A stretch of DNA of 64,000 nt from Prochlorococcus sp. AG-388-B05 (GCA_003279925.1 QCGM01000008.1:6037-70036), one strand, 5' to 3'. Numbered from the stretch's first letter, positions 26,534 to 35,603 are shown. Numbers and translations: made by a program. The notes: a model not told the origin generated them from the letters alone.

Positions 26534-26662
26534 ATGAAAATCTCTAAAGAATTACAAAAGCTAAAGAATTTAAATGTTAAAGCAGAAAACTGTTTAACAA
26601 GAGATGAAGCAAAAAAAATTATTAGTAAAGCAACCAAGGCACAAAGTAAAATAACTTTCTAA
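26534..26662 (+). CDS. small basic helical protein (42 aa), paralog of 6574..6708
   Basis: MKISKELQKLKNLNVKAENCLTRDEAKKIISKATKAQSKITF. Confidence 0.35.
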   Translation: MKISKELQKLKNLNVKAENCLTRDEAKKIISKATKAQSKITF

Positions 26663-26757
26663 ATATAATTTTTCTAATTTTCATTTCTCTCAACCCTATA
26701 ATTGGACTCCTTCCGAAAGATAAATAAAAGTTTTATAAATTTTTCATAAATAATTAG

Positions 26758-27489
26758 ATGGCTTTAAATATTCTCAAGTTCAGAAAATCTAATGAAAGAT
26801 TTAAATCAAATAGAGAATGGCTTGATTCAAAACACTCATTTTCTTTTGCAGAACACAGGGATCCAATCTGGGATAATTTTGGAAAAATTAGAGTAATTAA
26901 TGAAGATATAATTTCTCCTAATTCAGGATTTAATACTCACTCTCATTCGAATATGGAGATAGTCACAATAGTTATAAAAGGAGAGATTACACATAGAGAT
27001 TCATTAAATAATTTAGGAATAATTCATGAAGATGAAGTGCAGGTTATGTCTGCAGGAACAGGTATTACTCATAGTGAAAAAAATGAAAAAAATACAGACT
27101 GCAAATTATTTCAGATATGGATATATCCGGATATTCAAGATCTCACGCCTTCATATAATCAAATTTCGATTAAGAATACTTCTGGCAATAATCTGATTAT
27201 TGGTTCTTTAAAAAAAAACAAATGTCTGCTTTTTATAAATCAAGATATAACTATATGGCGATGTAAATATAACCTTTTAAACAAAAAATATTTACCTTCA
27301 GAAGTAGAAAAATTTAATTGGATTCAAATAATAGAGGGTGATTTGTTAGTAAGAGATAAAAATAATAAATCAATTAAAAAGCTTTCTTCTGGTGACGGTT
27401 TGGGATTTGAGATTTCTGATTTCAGCGATATAGATATTCAATCAGATAGCTACGTCGATATGCTTTTATTTTCTATGCCAAAACTATAA
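26758..27489 (+). CDS. pirin-family protein
   Basis: 243 aa. The metal-binding cupin motifs are HSFSFAEH, GFNTHSHSNMEIVTIV..G and MSAGTGITHSE. Confidence 0.8.
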   Translation: MALNILKFRKSNERFKSNREWLDSKHSFSFAEHRDPIWDNFGKIRVINEDIISPNSGFNTHSHSNMEIVTIVIKGEITHRDSLNNLGIIHEDEVQVMSAGTGITHSEKNEKNTDCKLFQIWIYPDIQDLTPSYNQISIKNTSGNNLIIGSLKKNKCLLFINQDITIWRCKYNLLNKKYLPSEVEKFNWIQIIEGDLLVRDKNNKSIKKLSSGDGLGFEISDFSDIDIQSDSYVDMLLFSMPKL

Positions 27490-27492
27490 TAT

Positions 27493-27807
27493 TTAGTCTA
27501 AAGAGTCTTTTCTGAATGCGTTTAGTGCTTGTAATGCCATATTTAGATGAACTTCCATAGCACCCAACGCAATTAAGGAATTAGAAGATTTATTTTTTAA
27601 TAAGTTTTTATTTCGCTTAGAAATCGTCTTAATAACATCTTTAGTAACGGTCTCCCAATTATTTATTAATTCATCAAATTCTTGTTTTTCTAAGCTTTCA
27701 GTATTTCTTTTATCATCAGAGGCATTAAGGTCTTTTTGTGCATTTAGCATCAAATAAGTTAATTTTTTATGGCTTATTGCTTGAGGTAAATTGTTAGATT
27801 CACTCAT
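27493..27807 (-). CDS. hypothetical helical protein (104 aa)
   Basis: Track ORF downstream of murD on the same strand; no motif recognised. Confidence 0.5.
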   Translation of the reverse strand: MSESNNLPQAISHKKLTYLMLNAQKDLNASDDKRNTESLEKQEFDELINNWETVTKDVIKTISKRNKNLLKNKSSNSLIALGAMEVHLNMALQALNAFRKDSLD

Positions 27808-27908
27808 GTTTCTTTCGAATTATTATTTAAAATTTAACTAAATAAGAGGAAATTTGCTAGTAGTGGATTGGTTGTAATGACCGACCTGGAATTAGTCCAA
27901 CTAAATTT

Positions 27909-29330
27909 TTAATGCGCGAAAAACTTTATATTGAATTTTTCATGGATTAATTTTTTAAAAATATCTCCTCTTTGTTCATAGTCTCTAAATTGATCAAAAC
28001 TCGAACATGAAGGAGAAAATAATAAAGTTTCAGCTTGATTATTTTTTATATAAGAATAGGCGTAGTTGATTACTTCTGAAAGATCATTAAAAGTTAAAAT
28101 ATCATTCTTAAATCCTCCCTCAAGGATCAATTTTTTTAAGGTTTGCGAGCTTTCGCCAAAAAGAAATACAGCTTTTGCTTTTTTATTAATAATCTTTACC
28201 CACTCAATAGAATCGCCATTTTTTAACCTACCCCCAGAAATTATTATAGGGGAACCTTTAATTGCATTTATACCTGCTACGGAAGAGTCAAAATTGGTAG
28301 CCTTGCTATCATTAATTATTTCGAGTTCATCATGTTGGAATATTGTCTCCATTCTATGGGGAAGTTGTTCATAGCTAAGTAAAGCATTCTTTATACTCTC
28401 AGGGGATAATCCGATTTTCCTTGCAGCTGCTACAGCTAGTAATAGATTTTGAGTGTTATGATTACCTTTCAATTTAAAATTCTTTAAACTCAGTAATTTT
28501 TCCCTTTTCTCTACAATAAAGTGTTCATTATTTATCCAATAATCACAGTGATCTGAATCTGATTCTTTAGAATTGGTAGTTATCCATATTCCATTATAAA
28601 GTGATTTGAAATTTTCTTTTAAATATTTATCGTCGTAATTATAAATTCTAAATTCTGATTGTTTTAGTAAGCTATTTTTTATCTTGAAATAATTATCAAG
28701 TGTTTTGTGACGGTCAAGATGGTCGGGAGTAAATGTTGTCCAAATTCCAATTTTAGGTTTAATGCAATTTGTAGCTATTTCTATTTGAAAACTGCTTAAT
28801 TCAGCGACTATCCAATCAATATTTTTGCTTTCTGTTGAGTAAGCAATTTCGCATAATGGAGTCCCAATATTGCCTGCAAATGGGGCTAATAAATTATTTT
28901 CTCTTAGTATATGACTTAATAAGTGAGTAACTGTGGTTTTCCCGTTAGTACCCGTAATCCCAATCCAATTTATATTCTTTAAACTTTCCCATGCAATATT
29001 TATTTCCCCTATTACAAGGATTCCTCGTTCTTTAAGTTTGATTATTGTTTTATGGTCAAAAGGTATAGCTGGACTTACAACAATAGACTCAATTTGTTTA
29101 AGACATGTAGAGAACTCATTAAATAAAAATTGTTTATTTAAACAAACAGATATATCGAGTTTTTCTAGGATCTCCTTTGTTTCTAATAGTTCTTTATTTT
29201 CTTTACTTTCCCAGACAATAACTCTCTTCCCAATACTTCTTAAATACTTTGCTGCCCAAAAACCAGATCTTCCTAACCCAATAACAAAATTTATTTTTTC
29301 TTCCTTTTTTGAATTATTTTTAATAGGCAT
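27909..29330 (-). CDS. murD: UDP-N-acetylmuramoylalanine--D-glutamate ligase
   Basis: 473 aa. It has the N-terminal GLGRSG Rossmann motif, the [11 protein letters not shown]-loop and the Mur ligase C-terminal domain pattern. Confidence 0.9.
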   Translation of the reverse strand: MPIKNNSKKEEKINFVIGLGRSGFWAAKYLRSIGKRVIVWESKENKELLETKEILEKLDISVCLNKQFLFNEFSTCLKQIESIVVSPAIPFDHKTIIKLKERGILVIGEINIAWESLKNINWIGITGTNGKTTVTHLLSHILRENNLLAPFAGNIGTPLCEIAYSTESKNIDWIVAELSSFQIEIATNCIKPKIGIWTTFTPDHLDRHKTLDNYFKIKNSLLKQSEFRIYNYDDKYLKENFKSLYNGIWITTNSKESDSDHCDYWINNEHFIVEKREKLLSLKNFKLKGNHNTQNLLLAVAAARKIGLSPESIKNALLSYEQLPHRMETIFQHDELEIINDSKATNFDSSVAGINAIKGSPIIISGGRLKNGDSIEWVKIINKKAKAVFLFGESSQTLKKLILEGGFKNDILTFNDLSEVINYAYSYIKNNQAETLLFSPSCSSFDQFRDYEQRGDIFKKLIHEKFNIKFFAH

Positions 29331-29364
29331 TAAATTTATAATTAAATTGAAGACTAGAAATTAA

Positions 29365-29628
29365 ATGGTCTATTTAATTATGAAAAATTCTTTAAAAACT
29401 AATCTAATTTCTAAATTAAAATTAATAAACGTCTTTTTAATTATTTTTGGATTTAATTTAATAGATATTGAATTGAAAGCTCATCTTAGAGGTTCTTATT
29501 CAACTGAAAGTGAAGCCAAAGAAAAAGCTAAAGATCTTGGTTGCTCTGGAACATTTAAAATAAAAGAGATGTGGATGGCTTGTGAAAGTGAAAAAGATCT
29601 TCACAAATACCTTAGAAAAAACAAATAA
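29365..29628 (+). CDS. secreted small protein, DUF3721-like
   Basis: 87 aa with a signal/TM segment followed by AKDLGCSGTFKIKEMWMACESE (GC-x-G ... WM-x-C pattern). Confidence 0.5.
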   Translation: MVYLIMKNSLKTNLISKLKLINVFLIIFGFNLIDIELKAHLRGSYSTESEAKEKAKDLGCSGTFKIKEMWMACESEKDLHKYLRKNK

Positions 29629-29897
29629 TGTTTAAAACTAAAACAAGAAAACTTCACAGAAGTATTACTCTTATAGCAGTAATTTCATTATTGGTAACCG
29701 TTCTTAGTGGAAGCTTATATTCTTTATTTCAATATTTTGGATTGGATTTCTTTTGGCTTATGAAAATTCATACAGGAAATTTTTTCTTTATAAATCTACA
29801 ACCTCTTTTTACACCTGTTGTAGGTTTATTAACAATATTTGCAATAATTTCTGGTTTATTTTTATTTCCTAGATCTAAAATTAAATACCCAGATTAA
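29628..29897 (+). CDS. small two-TM membrane protein (89 aa)
   Basis: The ATG overlaps the upstream stop (TAATG). It has two hydrophobic helices. Confidence 0.45.
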   Translation: MFKTKTRKLHRSITLIAVISLLVTVLSGSLYSLFQYFGLDFFWLMKIHTGNFFFINLQPLFTPVVGLLTIFAIISGLFLFPRSKIKYPD

Positions 29898-29901
29898 TTA
29901 A

Positions 29902-30168
29902 ATGAAAGAAAATATTACTGAATTATGGTTCTCTTGGTTCTATAAAAATTGGGAGAAAAATGCTCCAGGTAATTTGATTGATAAGGGGTTATCTCCATCA
30001 CAAATTGCAGAGAGATTTGTAAATGAAAATCATAAAGAATTTTTGGAAATAGCCAATGAATTTGATGAAGATAATTATCAGGCTTTAAATGAATTTATGA
30101 AACTTTCAGAAAGTGAATTGCATATTCTGAAATATTTTTTGAAGTTGATAAAACTAAAAAACTCATAA
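29902..30168 (+). CDS. hypothetical protein, ELWF-W / KLSExExH family (paralog of 18024..18368)
   Basis: 88 aa. Shared segments are NITELWFSWF, IAERFV, FDED and FMKLSESELH. Confidence 0.5.
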   Translation: MKENITELWFSWFYKNWEKNAPGNLIDKGLSPSQIAERFVNENHKEFLEIANEFDEDNYQALNEFMKLSESELHILKYFLKLIKLKNS

Positions 30169-31092
30169 AAAACGACTAAGTATTTCCATACTCTTGTCCC
30201 ATAGATTTTTCCTTTCTTTCTTATTTAGAGCAAATGGTGAAGTTGGAGATAATTTTGGATGACCTCTAAAATTGTATTTAGGCCCGTAATGCTCTCCTCC
30301 CTTTGCCTCAGGAGAAGTAGCAGCAAGTAATTGAGGTAAAGCGCCCATCTCTGCCGATTGAAAAATTGGACTAAATAGCTCTAAGGAGAAAGTTTCAATA
30401 GGACTTGGTGTTGGTTTCTGTGCAGAAAAAAGATTTGTTTTTGCAATACCTGGATGAGCCGCCAAGGATAAAATATTTTTTTTCTCTAGTTTTTCATTTA
30501 ACTCTAAAGCAAACATTACGTTAGCTAATTTACTGTTAGCGTATGATTCCCATTTGTTATAGTAATTTTCGGCTTTAAGATTATTCCACCCAACTTTCCC
30601 AAAGAACTGAGCCCCTGAAGTTACTGTTACTATTCTAGAGTTTTTTTTCTTTTCGATTAAAGGAAGGAATTTTAGTGTTAAAAGCATATGTGCTAAATGA
30701 TTGACCGCAAATTGTATTTCAAAACCTTGTTTACTTAATGTTTTTGGTGGGTGCATTATACCTGCATTGTTAATGAGTAAATCTAAATTCTCAAACTCAC
30801 TTGATATTTTTGATCCAATTTCACTTATATTATTCAAATCTGAAAGATCTAGTTCTATAGGAGTAAACTTACCTGCAGGATTTAGCGACTTTAATTTATC
30901 TATAGCCGCATTAGCCTTTTCTAAACTTCTGCAAGCAAGCAAAACATGTGCATTTTTTTCTGCTAGAGCTTTAGCGGTGTAATAACCAAGACCACTGTTT
31001 GCGCCAGTTATAAAAGCTGTTTTCCCATCTAAATTGGGAATATCTGATATGGTCCAATTAGACCTTTTATTCTTAGAGATAGTGGCAGTCAT
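30163..31092 (-). CDS. classical short-chain dehydrogenase/reductase (retinol-DH/POR-like subgroup)
   Basis: 309 aa. Motifs are TAFITGANSGLG, NNAG and YANSK (YxxxK). Confidence 0.85.
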   Translation of the reverse strand: MTATISKNKRSNWTISDIPNLDGKTAFITGANSGLGYYTAKALAEKNAHVLLACRSLEKANAAIDKLKSLNPAGKFTPIELDLSDLNNISEIGSKISSEFENLDLLINNAGIMHPPKTLSKQGFEIQFAVNHLAHMLLTLKFLPLIEKKKNSRIVTVTSGAQFFGKVGWNNLKAENYYNKWESYANSKLANVMFALELNEKLEKKNILSLAAHPGIAKTNLFSAQKPTPSPIETFSLELFSPIFQSAEMGALPQLLAATSPEAKGGEHYGPKYNFRGHPKLSPTSPFALNKKERKNLWDKSMEILSRFL

Positions 31093-31228
31093 TTTCTAAT
31101 ACTTCTTAAAAATATTGAAACTTGAGTAAAAATTAAGTTTGCTGAATATTTTTTATCGTAAATACTTATGCTAAAGATCGTGAGTACTTAAATAATTACT
31201 CTTTTTATAATTAATTAGTTTTTATTGA

Positions 31229-31978
31229 TTAATTTTTAATTGCATATTGCCATTCATTGTATTTTGAAAAATTTGTTTCTCTAAGTAACTGCAATTTTCT
31301 GCTATTAATTTTGATGACAATTCCATCAGTTGGGTATTTAGAAAATATTTTTCCATCTAACCATCTTTTTCTAAATAACTCGACTTGGCTTGTGAAATTT
31401 GTGAAGTAACTGTGAGGGGTGATAAAGCCACTTTTTTTAAGATAGTTAAGGGTTTCATACTGGTTAAGTCTTCCATTAAGTATTTGGAAACAGCAAAATC
31501 TGAAATTTTCTGTAATCCTTTTTTTATTGTTGAGGAATTCGCTTGTAATTTTTTGGGAAAAATAGGGAGTTTCGTTTGGGGCATATAGCTCACCTCTAAC
31601 TTGAAAATCTCGTTGGATAGGAAGGCTATTGGGGACATCTTTAATCTTTTCAATTTTGCTTGAGACATCAAATCCTTTTCTTGTAATGGCTTTATCAAAC
31701 TTGCCATTTATATATTTAATTGCAATAGCGCAACCATCAATTTTTGGTTGAATGCTCAATCTTGTATTTTTTAATAAGCTATTTAAAAACTCTTTATGAT
31801 TAGCTTTAGGTAATGAGGGTAATAATAAATTACTTCTTTGATTAAAATAATCACATTTTGGATCTGTACGAAGTAAGTTTCTTTCAAGTTGATCAAATGC
31901 TTTATCAGATATGAGAGCATTTCCTATTCGATATTGTTCATCAAGATATTTAACATTTTTTTCTAATAATGAACCCAT
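31229..31978 (-). CDS. NAD-dependent DNA ligase adenylation-domain-like protein (stand-alone)
   Basis: 249 aa. It has Y..G...ISD..FD.LE, the KxDG nucleotidyl-transfer motif (QPKIDGCAI) and RGELY. The OB, Zn, HhH and BRCT regions are absent. Confidence 0.65.
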   Translation of the reverse strand: MGSLLEKNVKYLDEQYRIGNALISDKAFDQLERNLLRTDPKCDYFNQRSNLLLPSLPKANHKEFLNSLLKNTRLSIQPKIDGCAIAIKYINGKFDKAITRKGFDVSSKIEKIKDVPNSLPIQRDFQVRGELYAPNETPYFSQKITSEFLNNKKRITENFRFCCFQILNGRLNQYETLNYLKKSGFITPHSYFTNFTSQVELFRKRWLDGKIFSKYPTDGIVIKINSRKLQLLRETNFSKYNEWQYAIKN

Positions 31979-32281
31979 AATATTTCTTGGATAATTGTGA
32001 AAATATTTTTAGGAGAATTTTTACTTAAGTCAAAGATTTATAGATATAGATTCAAATTTGACTTTAGGAGTAAAAAAATTGCCTTGACCATATATATTTT
32101 CCTATGAGGAGTTCACTTGAAAAGTATAAAATGTACTCATTGAAGGTTTAAATTAAATACTTCAATAAAACATTTTTTCAGAAAATTGTTTTAAGGTTTT
32201 TAATGATTAAATAAAAAATTAAAAACGTTTATTTAGTTAAGTCCATACAATTTAGACAAAAAGTTTTTAGCATATGCAAAA

Positions 32282-33418
32282 ATGCTATTACTGTTAGATG
32301 CTCAGGAAAAGTGGGACGATTTTTTAGAGAATAAAATCACAAACTACGAAAAACTGCGTAATTTTGATTATGGCCCAACGAATAAAAGCTCCGTTTCAAA
32401 ATTATCACCTTATATTTCTCATAGGGTTTTATTTGAATATGAATTGCTTGAAGAGGTTAAAAAGAAATATCATTCTCAAAAGATTAATAAATTTGTTGAA
32501 GAGATTTATTGGAGAATTTATTGGCAGGGTTGGATGGAAAATAGACCAAAGGTGTGGTTTAATTTTATTTCAGAAAAAAATTATGAATATGATTTTGAAA
32601 CCTATGAAAAAGCAATAAATGGAAACTCAGAATTAGGGTTTTTCAATTCATGGATTAATGAATTAAAAACTTATAACTACTTACACAATCATACTCGTAT
32701 GTGGTTTGCTAGTACTTGGATTTTTAATTTAGGTCTGCCGTGGCAATTAGGCGCAAGTTTTTTCTTTAAACATCTTTATGATGGAGATGCTGCCTCGAAT
32801 CTTTTGAGTTGGAGATGGGTTGCAGGATTACAAACAAAAGGGAAGCAATATCGTTTTTCCCCTGAAAATCTCAGAAAATTTTCAAATAATAGGTTCAATG
32901 TTGAAAAGATTAATAATAGGCAAATCTTTCTTGAAGAAAAAATTCAAATTCCACTTGATGATGAGATTTATAAAAGCAATATGGAACCAAAGTCAAAAAC
33001 CCTTATATTATTTGAAAACGATTTACATGTTTCAACTCTTGAAAATATCTTAAGAAATTATAAGAGCGTTTTTATTATCCTACTGGGCAATGCTCAAAGA
33101 AAAATAAAATTATCTGAAGCAGTTCTGCGTTTCAAACAACAAATAGTTCTTGAATTCATAAAGCAATTTGATAATGTTACTCAGATTGATCCTTTAAAAT
33201 TAAAAGAGACATTGGTCGATATTGATCAGCTAGATATGGTTTATCCTGGCGTTGGTGAAAATAACGATTTTATAAATAGTTTTAAGAAGTTAAATAATAA
33301 GGTAATTTTTAATTTAGTAAGAGATCAAGACTTATTTGCATGGAAGTTTGCCAAAAAAGGGTTCTTTAAATTCAAAGAAAATATACCCAAAATTAATCAA
33401 TATGTTTTTCAAAATTAG
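32282..33418 (+). CDS. photolyase/cryptochrome FAD-binding-domain protein lacking the N-terminal alpha/beta domain
   Basis: 378 aa. LSPYISHRVL, EIYWRIYW and HNHTRMWFASTW...DGDAASNLLSWRWVAG match the FAD_binding_7 core. A C-terminal extension of about 170 aa is unassigned. Confidence 0.7.
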   Translation: MLLLLDAQEKWDDFLENKITNYEKLRNFDYGPTNKSSVSKLSPYISHRVLFEYELLEEVKKKYHSQKINKFVEEIYWRIYWQGWMENRPKVWFNFISEKNYEYDFETYEKAINGNSELGFFNSWINELKTYNYLHNHTRMWFASTWIFNLGLPWQLGASFFFKHLYDGDAASNLLSWRWVAGLQTKGKQYRFSPENLRKFSNNRFNVEKINNRQIFLEEKIQIPLDDEIYKSNMEPKSKTLILFENDLHVSTLENILRNYKSVFIILLGNAQRKIKLSEAVLRFKQQIVLEFIKQFDNVTQIDPLKLKETLVDIDQLDMVYPGVGENNDFINSFKKLNNKVIFNLVRDQDLFAWKFAKKGFFKFKENIPKINQYVFQN

Positions 33419-33485
33419 TAATGGAAATTTTTGAAAGGTAATAGCTTTTTAAAAAACAAAAAATTTTGAAATACTCAAAACACTA

Positions 33486-33497
33486 AGTATAAATACT
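33486..33497 (+). promoter_or_regulatory. exact 12-mer AGTATAAATACT (copy 3)
   Basis: Intergenic, about 80 nt upstream of the doxX-like GTG start. Confidence 0.35.
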
Positions 33498-33576
33498 TAA
33501 TTAAAGATCAGTTTTATGGTTTAATCCACGATGAATAATGTGACTAGTTATTTTTACTTAAGAAATACATCTTATA

Positions 33577-34137
33577 GTGCTTTCAACAATTCTTACAAAA
33601 TCATTCAGCAAAGATACAGCTTTATTAATCCTAAGAGTCATTACTGGTACAGTTTTAATTCATCATGGATTTGAAAAGCTAGCTAACATAGAGAATTTTG
33701 CTGATGCTTTTGTCAGACCTCTTCACTTACCTTTTCCAATATTTTTATCGTATGTAGCTGCATTTTCAGAAATTGGTGGAAGTTGGTTATTAATACTTGG
33801 TTTAGCTACAAGATTTGGTGCGTTAGCAATAGTTGGTACTATATCTGTTGCTATCTATCATGCTCTAGTAACATCTGGTTTTAATATTTTCTTGTTAGAA
33901 CTTTTACTACTTTATTTCGCTTCAGCTACCTCAATTGCACTAACAGGTCCTGGAGATTTCTCAATTGATGAAGTAATCATAAGAGTATTGAGATCTGAAT
34001 CTGATGATGAAAATATTCAAGAAACAGTGAAAAATAAAGCTAATACTGGTAAATCATTCAGTCCAGAAGATTCAACCAACAAAGGTGGTATATTCCAATT
34101 CCTACAAGCAAACTTACTCTCAGATACTTCAAATTAA
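33577..34137 (+). CDS. DoxX-family membrane protein
   Basis: 186 aa. LLILRVITGTVLIHHGFEKL is followed by 3 further TM helices and a hydrophilic tail. The start is GTG. Confidence 0.75.
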   Translation: MLSTILTKSFSKDTALLILRVITGTVLIHHGFEKLANIENFADAFVRPLHLPFPIFLSYVAAFSEIGGSWLLILGLATRFGALAIVGTISVAIYHALVTSGFNIFLLELLLLYFASATSIALTGPGDFSIDEVIIRVLRSESDDENIQETVKNKANTGKSFSPEDSTNKGGIFQFLQANLLSDTSN

Positions 34138-34301
34138 ATTTTTGGATAAAGACTATCAATAAATTCCTGTTTTTTTTGTAACGAATTTATTTTTTCAAAT
34201 CTAATTTTTAAAGTCGCTTCAGATAAACTTAAGAAAAGTCCCAAAGCCGTTACCCAAGTTAAAAAAATTAGAGGATTTTCAGGAATTTCAGAGATATTCA
34301 T
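34134..34301 (-). CDS. hypothetical small membrane protein (55 aa)
   Basis: MNISEIPENPLIFLTWVTALGLFLSLSEATLKIRFEKINSLQKKQEFIDSLYPKI. It is convergent with doxX, with a 4-nt overlap. Confidence 0.3.
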   Translation of the reverse strand: MNISEIPENPLIFLTWVTALGLFLSLSEATLKIRFEKINSLQKKQEFIDSLYPKI

Positions 34302-34376
34302 ATGTTTAATATTTCTTTTCTAAAACTGACCGATCTATTTAATTTTTTCAACCTAAGTAAACAATTTAGAAATATT

Positions 34377-34952
34377 TTATGGATTTATTTCCATTTTTCC
34401 CCAATTGTTTTCCTTATGCCAGACATACCTCTTGTGGATAGGCGTTACTAATTTAAGGAGATCTACAGAATATATTTCAAATTCTAATACAACAAAACTT
34501 TCTGGTTTATTTAAATCACTAGAAATTATTTGAGAAGTGCAAATATTTTTATTAATCTGTTTTCCTGGATGTTGCCAAAACCAAGTTGATTTGGATCTAT
34601 CTGATAAAGAATCCCAATATTTCATGTTTTCCTTTAACTCCCTTATTTTTCCTTTAAATCTGAATTGTGATTTGCTTTTATAAAAAAGCCATAAAACTTC
34701 TGCATTGGGGTTTAATTTTAATTGAGCAACTTTTTCGCTGCGACTATCAGTAAAAATAAGGATTGAACTTTCAGTTTGCCATCCTCTAAAAACTACCGTA
34801 CGTAATCTAGGTTCGTTATTCCCGTTAATAGTACAAAGTTGAAACCACCTACTTGAGGGTAATTTACCTTCTTTTTTTCTTGCAGCCTTTAACTCCTGCC
34901 TCCATATTGGAATTTTAATTTCCTTCATTAAATTTGGGTAAAAGTAAACCAC
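34377..34952 (-). CDS. pyridoxamine 5'-phosphate oxidase-like FMN-binding protein
   Basis: 191 aa. RWFQLCTINGNNEPRLRTVVFRGW and the later beta-barrel pattern are typical of PNPOx-like proteins. Confidence 0.7.
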   Translation of the reverse strand: MVYFYPNLMKEIKIPIWRQELKAARKKEGKLPSSRWFQLCTINGNNEPRLRTVVFRGWQTESSILIFTDSRSEKVAQLKLNPNAEVLWLFYKSKSQFRFKGKIRELKENMKYWDSLSDRSKSTWFWQHPGKQINKNICTSQIISSDLNKPESFVVLEFEIYSVDLLKLVTPIHKRYVWHKENNWGKMEINP

Positions 34953-35538
34953 TTATTCGCTTATATTCAGCAAATGAAGCATATTTTGTAAGTGATTTGT
35001 CCTTTTTTAGCATTCTTGGTAGAAAGACTCCAAAGAAAAATAAAGCAAGAATAACAAAAGGTATAAAACTCACAGAAAGGATGGCAAATGATAAATAAAT
35101 TAGTATTTCACCAAGGTAATTTGTATTTCTTATATTTTTGAAGAATCCATCTTTAATAAGTTCTTTTTTGATTTTAAGAGTGAAATATTTTTGAGCATCA
35201 CTTGCAAAATGGAGAAAAACACCAATTATATTTATTGAAATAGAAGCTGCAATTATGGAATATGAAACTGATTTTTGGGAGGAAATGAGAATAAATGGGG
35301 CTATCCAGTAACTACCAAGAAAAATAAACCCTGTAATTGAAGTGATTAGATTTATTTTTTCTTTAAAGTATGGATCTGGAAATATTTTTTCTTTTAACAA
35401 CCAAAGTATTCCATAAGTTCCATGCAAAGATAAATAAACCCATGCAGCAATTGAATAATTTTTATAAAACATCATTAAACCTGCCACAACAAACACAGTT
35501 AAACCTTTATGCAGGTTAATTATTTGATTAAGTTTCAT
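34915..35538 (-). CDS. DUF1295 / ICMT / steroid-reductase-like membrane methyltransferase-fold protein
   Basis: 207 aa and multi-TM, with a C-terminal GFFKNIRNTNYLGEILIY motif. It overlaps the downstream gene by 38 nt. Confidence 0.65.
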   Translation of the reverse strand: MKLNQIINLHKGLTVFVVAGLMMFYKNYSIAAWVYLSLHGTYGILWLLKEKIFPDPYFKEKINLITSITGFIFLGSYWIAPFILISSQKSVSYSIIAASISINIIGVFLHFASDAQKYFTLKIKKELIKDGFFKNIRNTNYLGEILIYLSFAILSVSFIPFVILALFFFGVFLPRMLKKDKSLTKYASFAEYKRISGLLLPKFNEGN

Positions 35539-35603
35539 TTTCTAATTAATCTAAAAAACGAAAGTATTATTTGTGGATCTTCTTGCATTCATCAATAATC
35601 TAA

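Noticed and set aside
27840-27905. GCTAGTAGTGGAT in the murD-downstream spacer resembles the conserved loop GCTAGTAGGGAT. A locally GC-rich run (GACCGACCTGG) lies beside it.
   Set aside because: The match has one mismatch, and I could find no convincing flanking stem or T-run. It could be chance, so I did not count it as a third copy.
28066-29364. Plus-strand ORFs of 102 and 143 aa inside murD.
   Set aside because: They are antisense to a confidently identified murD, and their composition is typical of shadow ORFs.
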